64,000 bases of DNA from Sarea resinae. Its lineage: Eukaryota. A program made the translations under genes and the position numbers. How positions within the stretch are numbered: the first letter of the stretch is position 1; every line of letters begins with the position of its first letter. A model generated the notes under the pieces. It was not told where the DNA came from. It made no database searches and saw nothing but the letters and a program-made list of their open reading frames with translations. Positions 1 through 13,318 of this stretch are shown here, piece after piece. Location of the stretch: assembly GCA_026026165.1 (NCBI GenBank), contig JAPEUD010000103.1, forward strand, positions 1-64,000, given 5' to 3'.

Positions 1-286
1 GGGGGGGACAAAGGTTTCGAAGTGGAAGAATGTCTGTCGTAGTTGATTTGGATTTGGATTGTATTGTACGGGCTGAGGATGCTGGAAGTAGGATGGTGGT
101 GGTGGTAGGAGGAGGGGGGGGGAGGGGGGAAGGGGGAAGGGATTGTCCGTCTGCGCTTTCATGTGTATCATTTCATGCTAATATAAAAGCAATTTTTGGT
201 CGTATATGAAATGTATGCCATCATGTGAAATTGTGAATCCTCCCCATCAACGTCAACCTTCCAATCCGAAACGAGACGACCCTAGA

Positions 287-1719
287 CTAAACCTGCTCGT
301 TGACAAACAGTCCAGCCATGCCCATGCCGGTGCCGATACACATACTCGTCAACAGGATCTTCTTCCCCTGCCTCCTGCACTCGCTCAACCCGGTGACGAT
401 CTGCCGGGCCCCCGTGCATCCCAAGGGGTGTCCGAGGGCGATGGCGCCACCGCGCGGGTTCAGCTTCGCGTGGTCGATGCCCAGCTCCCGCAGACAGTAG
501 ACGGCCATGGAGGCGAAGGCCTCGTTGATCTCGATGACGTCGATGTCGCGCGCGAGCGAGAGGTTGTATTTCGTGAGGAGCTTGGGGATGGCGAGAGAGG
601 GGCCGATGCCCATGATTCGGGGCGCCACGCCCGCGACGGTGGCGCCGACGAATTTGGCGAGGATGGGTTGGTTGAGCCTTTGAGCGGTTGAGCGCTTCAT
701 CAGCAGGACAGCGGCCGCTTGAACAAGTGTGAGCATATGGCCCTCGGCGGTGGCTAGGGAATGATGGAGTAAGTAAGAGACATACCCCCGTCAGTGACTT
801 GGCTGGAGTTGCCGCCGGTGCTCTTATCGCCATGCGGCATAAAGGCAGCCCGGAGCTTGCTCAGACTCTCCGCAGTGGTGCCGTATCGTGGACCTTCGTC
901 CTTGGTCAAGGTAACATCTTTCTCCTCGCCTGTCTTGGGGTCCTTGATTGTGGCCGTAATCGGCACGATCTCGTCGTCAAACAAGCCCGCCTTTTGGGCT
1001 CTCTCGGCCCGCTGATAGCTCTCCGCAGCATATCGATCTTGCGCCTCACGTGAGATGTCAAAGTCGTTGCCGACGTTCTCCGACGTCTGACCCATAGGCT
1101 GCATGCAATCGGCTGCTTCTTGGTGAGCGGTGATCTCGTCGACGAAGGGTCGGGTCAGGCGGTCGCCGCCGGCCGTCATTGATTCGGCGCCGAGCGCGAG
1201 ACCGATCTCAATGCTGCCGAGGCTGATTTGGTCGGCGATGTCTTGGACGGCTTTGAGACCAGAGGAGCAGAATCGATTGACCGTTGAAGCGCCCGTGGTA
1301 TTGGGAAAGCCGGCGGCGAGGGCGGCAGCTCGCACGTAGTATGCTGCTTTGCCTTCGCTGACCTGTTGGGATTGTCAGTTGCCTTTTCGCTTCTCTGATC
1401 ATAGAGGATCTCACGTTTCCTAAGCAAATATCCTCGACTAATTGCGGATCTAGTCCTGACTTCTCGTTGACCTTCTTCAGAATCTTGACGAGGATGCCAT
1501 CGAGCGGGGTATCTTTCAGTCCACCTTTGCGGGCCTTGCAGAGCGGCGTCCGGATAGCAAGCGTAATCACAACATCATCTGGATTTTGTTGGGTGCTGAA
1601 TTGTCTGATGAGTTTGATCGACGAAAAGGGCAGCAGTTTACTCACATGGCATCCAGCCCGCCACTGTTACTGGTCGGCCTCAGATGGTTCAAGATGGAGC
1701 TGAGACGTTCGGTAGCCAT
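287..1719 (-). CDS. POT1: Peroxisomal 3-ketoacyl-CoA thiolase (3 introns)
   Basis: N-terminus [13 protein letters not shown] contains a PTS2 (RL-x5-HL). Thiolase motifs NRFCSSG (catalytic Cys), [14 protein letters not shown] and SMCIGTGMG are joined across GT-AG introns. Confidence 0.93.
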
Positions 1720-1922
1720 GATGCTTTTGTTTCTGAAAAAAAAAATTTGAAAATACAGATAGGAAGAAGATGCAATCTGTTTTAAATGAGAAAGAGGGAA
1801 AAAATGATATGTGGGAGAGGCCAGAAGATGGTACGGTGAAGCTCTCCGCTGTTTATGGGGTAATCGATGCAAAGTGTGGGGAAGCTATGCTTGGATTGCC
1901 GTCCGGCATTTGGGAGCGGGGG

Positions 1923-1944
1923 CCGAGGCACCGTCTCGCCGAGG
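1923..1944. promoter_or_regulatory. Two CCGAGG (CCTCGG) FarA/FarB-type fatty-acid response elements
   Basis: CCGAGG at 1923-1928 and 1939-1944, about 200 bp upstream of the thiolase ATG. CCTCGG is the known FarA/FarB core site of beta-oxidation genes in filamentous ascomycetes. Confidence 0.7.
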
Positions 1945-2392
1945 TCGACAGCTTGACATGTCAGAGTAGAAGGTAATCAGAAGGGAAAAGTACTTTTCTC
2001 CCCATAGAAAAGAAGCGGGCAAACATGTCACTCTTCTTTGCGACGGACTTGGGTCGTAGTTTGAGGTTGCACTCTGATCCAGGAAGATATCTAGGTCGAA
2101 TTTCTACCTGCAATGTCACCAGCGGATAGCTTCACCTTTTGCATACATCGCAGGCTTCGGTTTTGCAAGCCACGTCGACATTCAACATATATCATTGTCA
2201 GAGCGCTGTCTTCAAAAATGGAAGTCAAGCCAATGACAGATACGGCACCCTGCGCGCACCAAGACTGCAGCTGACAAAATACGTCGGATCCATTGCAACT
2301 ACATTTGTAAGGCAAAAATAGCCATCCCGAACTGTCTCGACTTTCCTCCCTTCTGCCATTCCTCCCTATCCCACGCGGCGATTCTTCTCAAA

Positions 2393-3515
2393 ATGTTCAG
2401 ACCGGCATCAAGAACGCTTCTCCAGCGCTCATTAGCCCCTCATATCGTCCGGCGCTCGGCTCAGCCGGCCCGAAGATTCTTGAGCACGGCGCCACCGGCC
2501 CAAAAGGCGCGGTCATCATGGAAGGGCACGGCGCTGCGATGGGGGTTGGCCGCCGGTGCGGTGTACTACTATAACACGAGTAGCGTCTTTGCCGATGAAC
2601 CATGTGAGTGTTTTCTATCGCGCCCAGGCTCGAATTGACGCCGTGGTCTCCGCTCCGGAACATCAGCTTCTAATAAATCTCATCACAGACGCCGTACACA
2701 AAGCCCCAGAGATCGAAGAGGAGACGGTCGAGCTGCCCGACCTCGAGACCATCTCGGCACAACGTCGTCAAAAGCAGATCCAGGACAGCAAAGCCGCCCA
2801 AGCGACCGGCTCGGAAAGCGTAAAGGTCGGCAGTATTGGTGGCGACGAGGATGAGGGAACAGAGGGCGGTCCACGCACGCCAGAGGAGTACGAGGAGGAG
2901 GCAGGGCAGCAAGGCGCGTTCAACGAAGAGACGGGCGAGATCAACTGGGATTGCCCCTGTCTTGGCGGCATGGCGCATGGGCCCTGCGGTGATGAGTTCA
3001 AGGAGGCCTTCAGCTGTTTTGTCTTCTCAAAGGAGGAGCCGAAGGGTATGGACTGCATTGACAAATTCAAGTAAGCCATGACTGGATCCCCCCTACGGTT
3101 GATCGTCCAGACCCCGGCAGCGAGCTTACAGCGATGGAATCACAGGGGAATGCAAGATTGCTTCCGACTGCACCCCGACGTCTACGGCTCCGAGCTAGAA
3201 GACGACGAGGAATACGAAGACGATGCGGACCAGGTCGAGAGCCCGGAACTCGGAGCAGCGACATCCTCACCGTCATCATCATCACCACCCTCCTCCCCGT
3301 CGACCGCATCAACACCCCCTCCCACGCACGGTGAGAAAGTCACCCATGTCCGAAGCAACCACACGCCCGCGCCCGCCGAAGAAGTCTCCGCGAAACGAGA
3401 CCGCGCCAACGCAGCTTCGCGGCAAGTGAAAGAGGAGCACGCCCCTCTAGACGAGAGCGACGAGCTGGTTCCGAAGGCCGCCCATGACTCGAGGTCGATG
3501 AACGATGGGAAGTGA
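2393..3515 (+). CDS. MIA40: Mitochondrial intermembrane space import and assembly protein 40 (2 introns)
   Basis: Arg/Ser-rich presequence and a short hydrophobic segment, then [16 protein letters not shown] (CPC motif) and a twin CX9C completed by splicing of ~3071-3145. Confidence 0.95.
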
Positions 3516-3972
3516 TGAAAAAAAAGAAACGAAAAGGAAAAAGGGAAAGGAAAACCAACTGGAAATAGAGTGTATTCTAGAGCGAATGATATCTGTAACT
3601 ATACTACAGCATTGGCATGGCACGGCACGGCACGGTGTGGGCTTGTGGAGCAAAAAGAGTGTATCATAGTCAAATTAGTACAGCCGGGCTCAAGCGTTAC
3701 CGTTTGTCCGTCTCAATATTCAACTCCAGCGCATATAAAGGAATATAGAGACTACTTGGAAACTTGAGCTCACAGCACGTTTGTTTTCATCTGAAAATAT
3801 TTGTCGTCCTGTTTTCCGATATCAAGTCCAATCTAATCGTGGCCGTTTGATGTGGCAAAGCGGGACATTCTACTTTCATTTCTCATTATAAGTTTAGCGT
3901 ATCTTTGAATTGGCGGGGCCTATGTTGTATTCCATTGACTGAGACTTGGACAATGAAAGCCTATCGCCGACT

Positions 3973-4899
3973 TCATTTACTTTTGGCATTCTGCACCTGC
4001 TTCTCCGACCACTGCTCCAGGGTTGTGGCTTTCTTGCCCAACAGCCACTCCAAGACGTTCGGGTTCCCGACTAGACCGCGTCGATTGTAATATAGCAGCA
4101 TACGCTCGGCCGAATCGCGTGTATACGGGTGATGGGGACCCGGACCAAACAAGATCGTCAAAAGCATGTTGACGCCTTCTTCGAAGGAGTTCTGGTGGAT
4201 GGCGATGGGCTTTCCGATCGCTTTGCTAAAGGTAGCCACGACGTCGTGGGTGTTGATGGGCGTCGTGCCGACGAGAGGATATTGGGCGTAGTAGTGATGC
4301 TCGCGCTCTTCTACGATCCGCGCAACGACTTGGCCGAAATCCTCGAGAGCGATGTATGAGAAGGGGACTTTGGGGTCCCAATTGGCGGGGTAGACTGGCT
4401 TTTCCAGTGACAAGAGGTACGAGAGGGGGAGGTTGGTCATGAAAGCGCAGGGCTGGACGACGGTGTAGGCGAGGTCGGATTCGAAGAGGTATTCTTCGAC
4501 GAGACGCTTGCAGTCGTGGTTCTTCATCTTGCTCAATTGGGTGCTGAGGGCCGAGGACAGGACAAAGTGCTTAAAGGTGCCGTCTTTGGCACCCTCCAGG
4601 GCAGCTTCGATCATGTTGTAACCGATCTCGGTCTCGCGCGGATGGTACGTGGGCCCAATGTGGAACACGGTGGCGACGCCTTTGAGCAGGCGCTTCGTCT
4701 CATGAGGTTCCTCGAGGTTGGCCCTGATGACTTCGGCACCTGGATATGCCTTCTTGAGACGTTCCTCGGAAGAGGGCGAGTTGACTGCCAAGCGGAGACG
4801 CTTCCATTTCCCGACCACGATGGGAAGTAGATGGGAGGCTTGGGCGCCGCTGGCACAAGTAATGAGGACGAGGTCCTTGGCTGGGTCGAACGACGACAT
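3973..4899 (-). CDS. NmrA-like NAD(P)-binding (atypical SDR) protein, intronless
   Basis: 308-aa ORF with a Rossmann-like start (LVLITCASGAQA), HFVLSS, and KRLVEEYLFESDLAYTVVQP typical of NmrA-family proteins. Confidence 0.8.
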   Translation of the reverse strand: MSSFDPAKDLVLITCASGAQASHLLPIVVGKWKRLRLAVNSPSSEERLKKAYPGAEVIRANLEEPHETKRLLKGVATVFHIGPTYHPRETEIGYNMIEAALEGAKDGTFKHFVLSSALSTQLSKMKNHDCKRLVEEYLFESDLAYTVVQPCAFMTNLPLSYLLSLEKPVYPANWDPKVPFSYIALEDFGQVVARIVEEREHHYYAQYPLVGTTPINTHDVVATFSKAIGKPIAIHQNSFEEGVNMLLTILFGPGPHHPYTRDSAERMLLYYNRRGLVGNPNVLEWLLGKKATTLEQWSEKQVQNAKSK

Positions 4900-6038
4900 G
4901 CTGAGCTGTGGCTGTGCTGGACGGTTATGAGAGGGAGGTCTTCTCTGTTAGTGAACTGACATACGAGCAAGCAATTGAAGGTTCATGAAGGACCGGTCTT
5001 CTTTAATGAATCTCTGATTTACTCTGTTCTCATTAATCAGCGGGGGACAGGTGGTGATAACAGCACGTCATATGCAATGACCCCGCAAGATCGGACGGTC
5101 TTTAAAAGCTATCGCCGAGTAAATCCGTCCGAGGAGGGCTCATGTTCTTGCGCTCGAGGCAGAAGATATCACCAACATGGTCCATAGACGACCAATGCAG
5201 CAGCTGTCTCCCGCAAATACATGGACCAGAAAGGAGGTCAGCCTGCGTGCACGAGGTGAGGTCGGCCAGGTCGATCGAATAGATGGGACGCTGTCAACAA
5301 GGAGTGAGGCTGGGGGGATTCGGTTGACGGCCTTACGCTACAGGTACCTCTAGGGAGAAGGACGAGGTGGTCTCGGGTCAAGACTGTGGCTTGCAGACGA
5401 TGCGTGTGTGTGTGGCACGGCTATGGTGATGTGCTGTGGATGGAGGTACGGGTATGAATGTACGGATTCCTCATAGTACTGTCATGATCATGATGATATC
5501 AAAGTCGTCAGAATGCTGCTGAACGTCAAGATGAAGCCGATCATCGGTGTTGTCTGTTGCTGCGGTCGGATAGGGAGGGAGGCCATTCAGGCTGATCCAT
5601 CGGGGAATTCCCGGTCGATTTGTCCTCGCAGGTACCGGCGACGCAGGTACCACTTACTCGGTGCGCCCGCTGCAAAATACCTCCCGTCAGGTACTTCGCC
5701 CTCTCTGGCCGGGAGCTTTCCCCAGTGATTTTCCTGATGGATGGGTTGGGGTCAAGGCTGATCGCCCCAAAGTGACTTTCGGCGCGGTAGTCACTGCACT
5801 ACTCGGTCAAGTACCTTACCTAAGGTAGGTAGTTACTGAGTGAGGTACCTTCCTTGTTCGTGCTACTGAACCCTCCTTCGCATCATCCTCTGCTCCGAGA
5901 CCGACATCCATACCGGTCACATCTCGTCCTCGACAAGCTTTTTACCTCTTCATTCGCTGCTCAATCTTTTCTCATTCTTTCATCTTCAACCCCCATCTTG
6001 CGCTCCATCTTTCTTCTCGCATCAACTCCGCAGTCACC

Positions 6039-7416
6039 ATGTTTGCCTCCCGTCAGATGTTCGGCGCCGTCCAAAGACGAGCCTTCTCGGCTTCGGCCAG
6101 CCAGGTAAAGCTCTCATCTGCTTCCAAATGCTTCTTCCCGGCGCCGGTAAGGACCAGGAGGCTAACAACTGCCTTCCACAGTTATCCAAGGTCACCGTTC
6201 TCGGTGCCGCTGGTGGTATCGGTCAGCCGCTGTCTCTCCTGCTGAAGCTCAACCCGCGGGTCACCGAGCTGGCGCTTTACGATATCCGTGGTGCACCAGG
6301 TCAGTAGAACTCCGGTGCTTTTCCAATGGCGATTCGCGACAAGAAACTCATCTGCAAACCCAATTAGGTGTCGCGGCCGATATCAGCCACATCAACACCA
6401 AGAGCACTGTAAGCGTAAACGGACCTTCATCGAAGATGTTGATGCTAATATCAAAAGGTCACCGGCTACAACCCTACCCCATCAGAGCTCAAGGAAGCTC
6501 TATCGGGTACCGAGATCGTTCTCATCCCCGCCGGTGTGCCCCGGAAGCCTGGCATGACCCGTGATGGTAATGTTCTTAGCTCGTCAAAGCTCGGTGGACC
6601 AGATCTGACTGTCATGCAGATCTCTTCAACACGAACGCATCCATCGTCCGTGACCTAGCCAAGGCCGCCGCCGAATCTGCACCGGATGCCAACATCTTGA
6701 TCATCTCGAACCCTGTAAGTCAATCTTGCTGTCTCCTTGCAAAGATATAAATCTGATACACCAAAGGTCAACTCCACTGTCCCCATCACTGCCGAGGTCT
6801 TCAAGTCCAAGGGCGTCTATAACCCTAAGCGCCTCTTCGGTGTTACCACCCTCGATGTCGTTCGTGCTTCCCGCTTCCTCTCTCAGCTCAAGGGCACCGA
6901 CCCGGCCAACGAGAACGTCACCGTCATTGGTGGCCACTCGGGACACACCATTGTTCCCCTCCTCTCGCAGTCCACCGCTCCCGAGGTGTCCGGCCAGAAG
7001 CTCTCGGACTACATCAACCGAGTGCAATTCGGTGGTGATGAGGTCGTCAAGGCCAAGGATGGCGCTGGCTCTGCTACCTTGTCCATGGCTATGGCCGGTG
7101 CCCGATTCGCCGAGAGCTTGTTGAAGGCCTCCCAGGGCGTCAAGGGTGTCATCGAGCCCACCTTCGTTGACAGCCCTCTGTTCAAGGACCAAGGCATTGA
7201 CTTCTTCGCTTCCAAGGTCGAGCTCGGCCCGAACGGCGTTGAGAAGATTCACGAGATTGGCAAGGTCACTGAGGCGGAGCAGAAGCTTATCGACACCTGC
7301 TTAGTTGACCTGAAGAAAAACATCGAGAAGGGTTTGTCGCCCTTTCATCCTTCTATGCGGGTGCACTTATGCTAAAATCCTCCGCAGGTGTTGCTTTCGC
7401 CAAGGCGAACCCGTAA
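6039..7416 (+). CDS. MDH1: Mitochondrial NAD-dependent malate dehydrogenase (6 introns)
   Basis: Presequence [20 protein letters not shown]; motifs [47 protein letters not shown] and [13 protein letters not shown]. Confidence 0.96.
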
Positions 7417-8009
7417 ATCAGCTTTTCAACAAAGACGGCAATGAGGATATCGCACTAGAGATTTATAATTGGAGGGTAGGGTATCGCGCCGGCTGCAGGT
7501 GTTTACATTGCCCATGTTTATACCTCATTTTGGCGCTTCCTATACTCCGAGAATGGACAAATTTTTGAGATATGGATGACCGACCCATCTATCCACAGAC
7601 AGACCTGTCAAGCTTTCTATACTTGTATCCTCGTTGCATTAAAGTAGCAAGGGATCGAAGACTTTTAGAAATATTGTAATGTATCGAGACCATGTGCCCT
7701 TGGACATTCATCACAAGGTATATGTACTGTAGTGTTGTTGTATTTATGTCGATGAAAAACAAAAGCTTCTAGCTTCTGATGCCGAACTATGTCCAGTGAA
7801 TGCCCTTACATATCGTATCCCACAAGGATTTTCCAAACGACCCTGCTCATGCACACAAGAAAGAATATCCCCTCAGCCTTAAAAACGCCAATCTAGATGC
7901 AAAGACCAGCGACCCAAAAACGCAAACTATGGAACCCACAGGGGGAATCCGAATCCATCTACAGGACATCACATCTCACACGCGCCCCCCCCCTCCCCCC
8001 CCAAAAATC

Positions 8010-9700
8010 TCACAAGATCCACGCGGGCTCGCACGGTCCCATGCGCTGCTTGAACGCCTCGACGCGCTCGACCATCCAGCCGGACATGACCCTGCCGCCC
8101 TGGTCGGCCGGCTTCGGCGCCGACGCGGTCCCGCGCGAGATGGCGCGCGCCAGACTGCAGGTCTGGTTCTGGAACTTGAATTGCTTGCATTCGGGGTTGT
8201 CGATGCAGGCGGCGCGGCAGTGCTCGAATGAGAAGGACGCTTCGCGCTCGGGTGGGGTGAGCGTGTCGTAGGATTTGCCGGCGTATGTGGCTTCTTCGCC
8301 GGCGATGGCGGAGGCGGAGCGGTAGATGAGATCGTGCGAGAGGTTGTCCCAGTCCTCGCGCGTCGGGGCGATGATGGGCTGGACGAAGTGGTCGAAGATT
8401 TCGGAGAGGAGGAGGGGGCCCTGATGTTGTTATTGTTAGATCCGTGAGCAAGAGAGAATAGAAATGGGATATCTCATGATAAGCTGGGGGGTGGGAGGAG
8501 TATGAGGGAAGATGAGGGAGGGCAGGCAGGCAGGCCACTTACGGCGCTCTGATTCCGCTGAGCTTCGAATTTCCACACGCGGTGGATCTCTTCGCTGGAC
8601 ATGTGATGGAAGGTCACGACTGGATGGCACCATTGGAGATGATCGAACGGCTGCGTGAATGGCGTCTCGCCGTTGATCATCGGCCAAGACCGCATGACTT
8701 GGATGTCGCTGGTCTCTTGAAGGGCTTTGGCGAGGACGAGATCGCCGCAGCATTCATGGGCGATGGCCTCGTCGTAGCGAGCTGCCAATCCTTCATCCTG
8801 GCCGACAGTCTTGTTCATCGCTCCCTGTGAGAGAATGAAGCCGCTGCCGCCGTGGGCGAATGATTGTCCGCCTATCGACACCGGTGCGCCCAGGTAGTAA
8901 GGCTTGGACGGATCGAGCTTCGCCACCCATTCGAGCAGGCCATGCCATGAGAGATAGGTGTCGGCCTCGATGAAGACATACCACTGCGCGGCGGGTCGCA
9001 TCCGATACGTCTCCTGCAGCATGTGGAGGAATTTGTATTTATCCAGGTCCCAGGCTGCTTGGCCGTTGAGCGGGCCCACGTCGTCTCCTTTCTTTTGAAA
9101 GTCTTGCAGCTTGCGGTAGAGGTCGAAGTCTTTGTGTCCCGAGATCATTTCCTGCTTGACGTTTGCTAGAACATCATGGAGGTGATACGGGCCGATATCT
9201 TGGTCCAGGTCGGAGAAAAGGAGGTAGTTGCGCGTGCAGCGGAGGGTGGTGAGGAGATGTGTGGGGACTTTGGCCGCCGCTTCAGTGGCCCCGGTTTTCA
9301 TTACTACCAGGACGTCGTCGTTGTTGGGCAAGTCCTGGCAGCCATCGATTATGGGAGATTTCGGGGAGCTCGAGGTCTCTTTGTCTGCCGGGGAGAATAT
9401 TGGGGTCGATGGGCACGGAGACTGTACAGGTGGACTTGGACATTCTTTGGTTGGCGTTAGCGGTCTTGATATCGAAGATTGTGGCCAAGGAGTCTGACTC
9501 GAGATAGGTCCTGGTGAGGGCTTTCGATCTGATGCGTACGAATCCGGGACCACTTGGTGTGGCGATTTCGACGTTTGACCCTTGGTTCCACCTCTATCGT
9601 GTAATGAAATGCGAAGCTCGGTGAGAGTGACCAGCGCAGCAAAGACGAGCAACCCGATACAGATATACTGCGAATTTAAGCGCATGATTGAAGAGAGCAT
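8010..9700 (-). CDS. Glycosyltransferase family 31 (Fringe-like) type II membrane protein (intron 8421-8542)
   Basis: N-terminal TM segment; motifs VMKTGATE, WDLDKYKFL, WYVFIEADTY, FAHGGSG, CCGD, PVVTFHH; C-terminal WDNLS and SGW segments in the last exon. Confidence 0.88.
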
Positions 9701-10704
9701 GATGATGAGAGACTCGGCGCCGGAATGCGTGCGACCGTCCAGGAAAGGGCCGTAGAACTCATATGATCAATCCCCGAGAAAAGAGCAGCAGAGGGCGATT
9801 ATCTCGTGCTGGCATCGAGCACGCAGCGACGAAGCACATACAGACCTCATCCGTCCGTGACGGTCGCCGAGAGCAAAAGAGTGGCAGCGCTTCCTGTAAC
9901 CGTTAGTGCGTTGGTATCTCGACTGTTGCGATCAATGACAACAACCGCCCGAGTCCCGTTTCGCACCCAGGATCGCTGCCGTTTCCGTGACTTCTCTGCA
10001 TCGTGGAGACGGGCGCCAATATGGACAGCCTTGATTGGCGGTCGAAGCAGCAAGCATCAGGGACCAGCCATTGATTTGCTGAGGTGCTTCGGCTGGGCGG
10101 CTGTAGTACTACTGCGGCAGGCGTTTAGAGGACCGGGTCGGCTGCAGATCAGCCCCTGAAGAGGTCAACTGCATCTCAACCACCATTTATAGGTCTTGAT
10201 GCCAACTGTCCACCGAGACGGTTGCGGCGCGCTCCTTTCACTGCAATGGAACCTCCTGCAGCTGCTCCAGGTGCTCCGGGGTCGCGAGAGAAACGTAGCA
10301 TGGCCCGCGGAAGGCTGCGAGCAGAGAGAGTCCTTGCAAGAACTCCATCTCCTGAATGGCTGACTGCGCTCCCAGGAAATGCATGCTGCTTCCATCGACC
10401 CGTCTCTCTGACGAGAACAGCCAAGTATGCCCCAGGCTGGCCATGCTAGCTGCCAAGCAGTTTCATCTCCGTGCAGTACTATCTATGTGGACAGATACAG
10501 GGGCGGCTTGGTGGGAATGCCAGTGCGATAGCCTGACGGGCCAAGCGCCCAAGACATACTCCCATATGGGACCGAATGTCTCTTTTTCCTTTCTCTGTCG
10601 ATATTATGTCCTCGCACGCGTCTACCTTTGAGCATTTCTGAGCTTCGTTGCAGCTGGACTTTACAATCGTTAGACTTAATTGCTCGTTGCGAAAATCAGC
10701 AGCT

Positions 10705-11723
10705 ATGCTGCCATTATCCGTCGTTTTTCCTTCTATTCTTCTCCTTGCGGATCTTGTGTCAGCCGATGGATTCACTTACCCTCCACCGGGGATCGAGGAT
10801 GATCCTACCATCGCCTTTAGTGTCTCCATGGACCAAGAAATGACCTTCACCTGGGATACAACCTTTGAGCCGATCGAAGTGTCTCTCAATCAATATCAGT
10901 CAAATGCCGGATGTGCCATCGTCCGTATGAAAATCCCTGGACGGCCATTAAAATTCAGGGCTCACCAGCTGACTCTCGCACAGATCAGCAAACCAATCCG
11001 GGAACGTTTACTTGGCGAGTCAGCACCGGATTCTGGAACGACACGGACTACCCGACCGAGAGGCGCTTCCAGCTCTTCATGCAACAGCCGGGCAACAGCT
11101 CCGCGGAATCGTTTTACAGCCAGGGATTCCGAGTCCTACAGGACGAGTCCTCGAGCAGTACGAGCACGGCTCGAGGCAGTTCCGCAACGTCTTCACCTAC
11201 ATCGGCCGCGTCCACCGTCTCAAGCAGCTCGACCGTTTCCAGTAGTAGCAGCAGTGCCACAGCTAGTACCACTCCCACCTCCGCCTCTCTCCCCGCATCC
11301 AAAACCACCGGGACCCCCATCCCCACGACGCAAACCACCTCGCCGACCTCTTCTCCCTCATCAACAGCGGCCCCGCATTCGTCTGGCCTCAGCACCGGCG
11401 GCAAAGCCGCAATCGGCGTGGTAGCGGGCGCGATCGGCGCGGCCTCGATCGTCGGCCTGATCTGGTTTTTCAGCCGCCGCGCCGCGCGGTCCGCCATCCA
11501 ACGTCTCCAGAACGCCAATGGCGCCGGCGGTGTCGGGCCCGTGCATTTGTCTTCGCCGGGAAAGTGGGAGAGCTTTCAGTCGGCGGCAGCGGGAGCGGGA
11601 GCGTCGTACTTTCCGCCGCGGCACGGGCCGTACGTCGAGATGAGTGGCGACTTGCCATCACAGAATGAGCTGCCGACGCATCGGGATCCACAAGAGCTGG
11701 GCGTCAATAGCTGGCATCGATGA
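10705..11723 (+). CDS. Single-pass cell-surface Ser/Thr-rich protein (Mid2/Wsc-like architecture; intron 10925-10983)
   Basis: Signal peptide MLPLSVVFPSILLLADLVSA, small beta-rich ectodomain, Ser/Thr stalk, GLSTGGKAAIGVVAG TM helix followed by RR, and a tail with EMSG/ELP motifs. Confidence 0.75.
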
Positions 11724-11725
11724 AA

Positions 11726-11729
<4 letters not shown>

Positions 11730-11760
<31 letters not shown>
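11730..11760. repeat. (CT)n microsatellite
   Basis: About 15 CT units immediately after the stop codon. Confidence 0.95.
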
Positions 11761-11762
<2 letters not shown>

Positions 11763-12333
11763 AGTCTCATCGGGCGGAGCGAATAGAAGAAGCGGAACAC
11801 GGTCTACTCATTCAGACTACTCTTGCAACGAGACGGACGCAAACCCACCCACCCACCTACCTTACCATTCGGAACGCCCCAAATGCTCATCTATCGTCTC
11901 TTGCGCTCTGCCTCATTTGCATTTCCTTCTTATCATTTACTCATATTCTTGCTTCTCTCTTGGTATCCCTCCGATCTCTCCTTGCGCATACCCCGAATAA
12001 AGATAATCACATACAAATTCTATACATTAGTTCCGTGTATCAATAGCAATAGCAAGCACATATCCATGTCCAACATAATTACAATCAGGGACGCTTTATG
12101 ATATACAGACGTAGACAAGCAGCGGCTGATACAAAGAAAACACAGAACAGGGGCGATGGTGCGTTTGCACGAAGCAACCAAAGGGGTTCCCTCTACGGAA
12201 ATATGCGCACCGAGGACAACATCGAAACCTAAACACAGCACGCCTTTACGCCCAATTCGTCGCCCTTCTTGGGGCTTTCCATCCGTGCTAAGCCTCAGCT
12301 CTTCCATGCCGCATGAGAGCCATTTCAGACCGA

Positions 12334-13318
12334 CTACCTAAAAAGCCATATCACCAACCAACAGAAGCCAAAAAAGCCCAGCACGCCGCCCCAGAAGATC
12401 CATTTATCCTGCTTCGCCCTTCGCTCGACCATCCTGATCGTATCTCCGCTGATCCCTAACGTATTGGCCACACTGTATAGCCGTCTCTGCGTTCCCTTCA
12501 GCATCTCGCGCTGCTGGCCCAGATCGCCCAGCACGGCGCGGCCGCGGTCGAGGAACTCGTCTAATTGGGTCGACGTGTTGGAGATGAAAGATTGCTCTCG
12601 GAACGCATGCGATTCGCGATTGCTGTCGGAAGGGGAGGCGCCGAGGAGAGAGGCTCCCGCGCCGCCCGAGGACGAGGAGGGCGCGAAAGGGGAGGATTGC
12701 GCCGGCGGGTTGGCATAGGGGTTTTCGGGCGTGGAGGTGTGGTGAGGCCGGCGGCCTAGGAGTTCGGTACGGTTGATGGTGGTTTGCTTTCTCATCAGTT
12801 AGGAGGGATGTTGGTGGGCTGGAAGACGCCCCTTTAGGGGGGGGCTACTGGATAGAGAATACGACGTACCGAGTCCTCTCGCTCCTTCTTCAGTCGTGCA
12901 AATTGCTGTCGGTAATCAACTAGCTCGGCGCGGAAACTCTTGACGCGCTCGAAGGCCTTTTCTTGCTTTGTGGGGATGAGTTCGCGCTTGGCCATGCTGT
13001 CGTAGTCGTCGATGGTGCGAGAGAAGGAGGTTAGGGATGCGGAGATCTGGCCTGTGGGTTTGTGAATCTAGCATTAGCACTTTGGAGCTAGCCACTAGAG
13101 CATACGGGATTCTTTATAGAAGAAGAAATTGGGGGTGTTGACCTTGCAAGGCGGCTGATGAGCCCTGGGGGCTCTCGGCGAAGGCATCGAGATCGCGTCG
13201 GACGGAAGAGGACTGCTTGAGTGCGGAGTTGAAGAGGGAGTTCTGCTGGCTGGTCAGTCCATCTCGCCTTTCCTATGCATGACGGGAAGCAGAATGCGGG
13301 AGCAGTCTTGCGTACCAT
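12334..13318 (-). CDS. BOS1: ER-Golgi Qb-SNARE Bos1/membrin (ATG-only first coding exon, 3 introns)
   Basis: Spliced sequence M|NSLFNSALKQ...QISASLTSFSRTIDDY...RTELLGRRP...LDEFLDRG...QREMLKGTQRRLYSVANTLGISGDTIRMVERRAKQDKWIF plus a C-terminal TM anchor. Confidence 0.92.

Noticed and set aside
7330..7470. Cryptic peroxisomal targeting of MDH by intron retention or stop readthrough
   Set aside because: Neither alternative C-terminus (...HLC, ...ISH) is a PTS1-like tripeptide.
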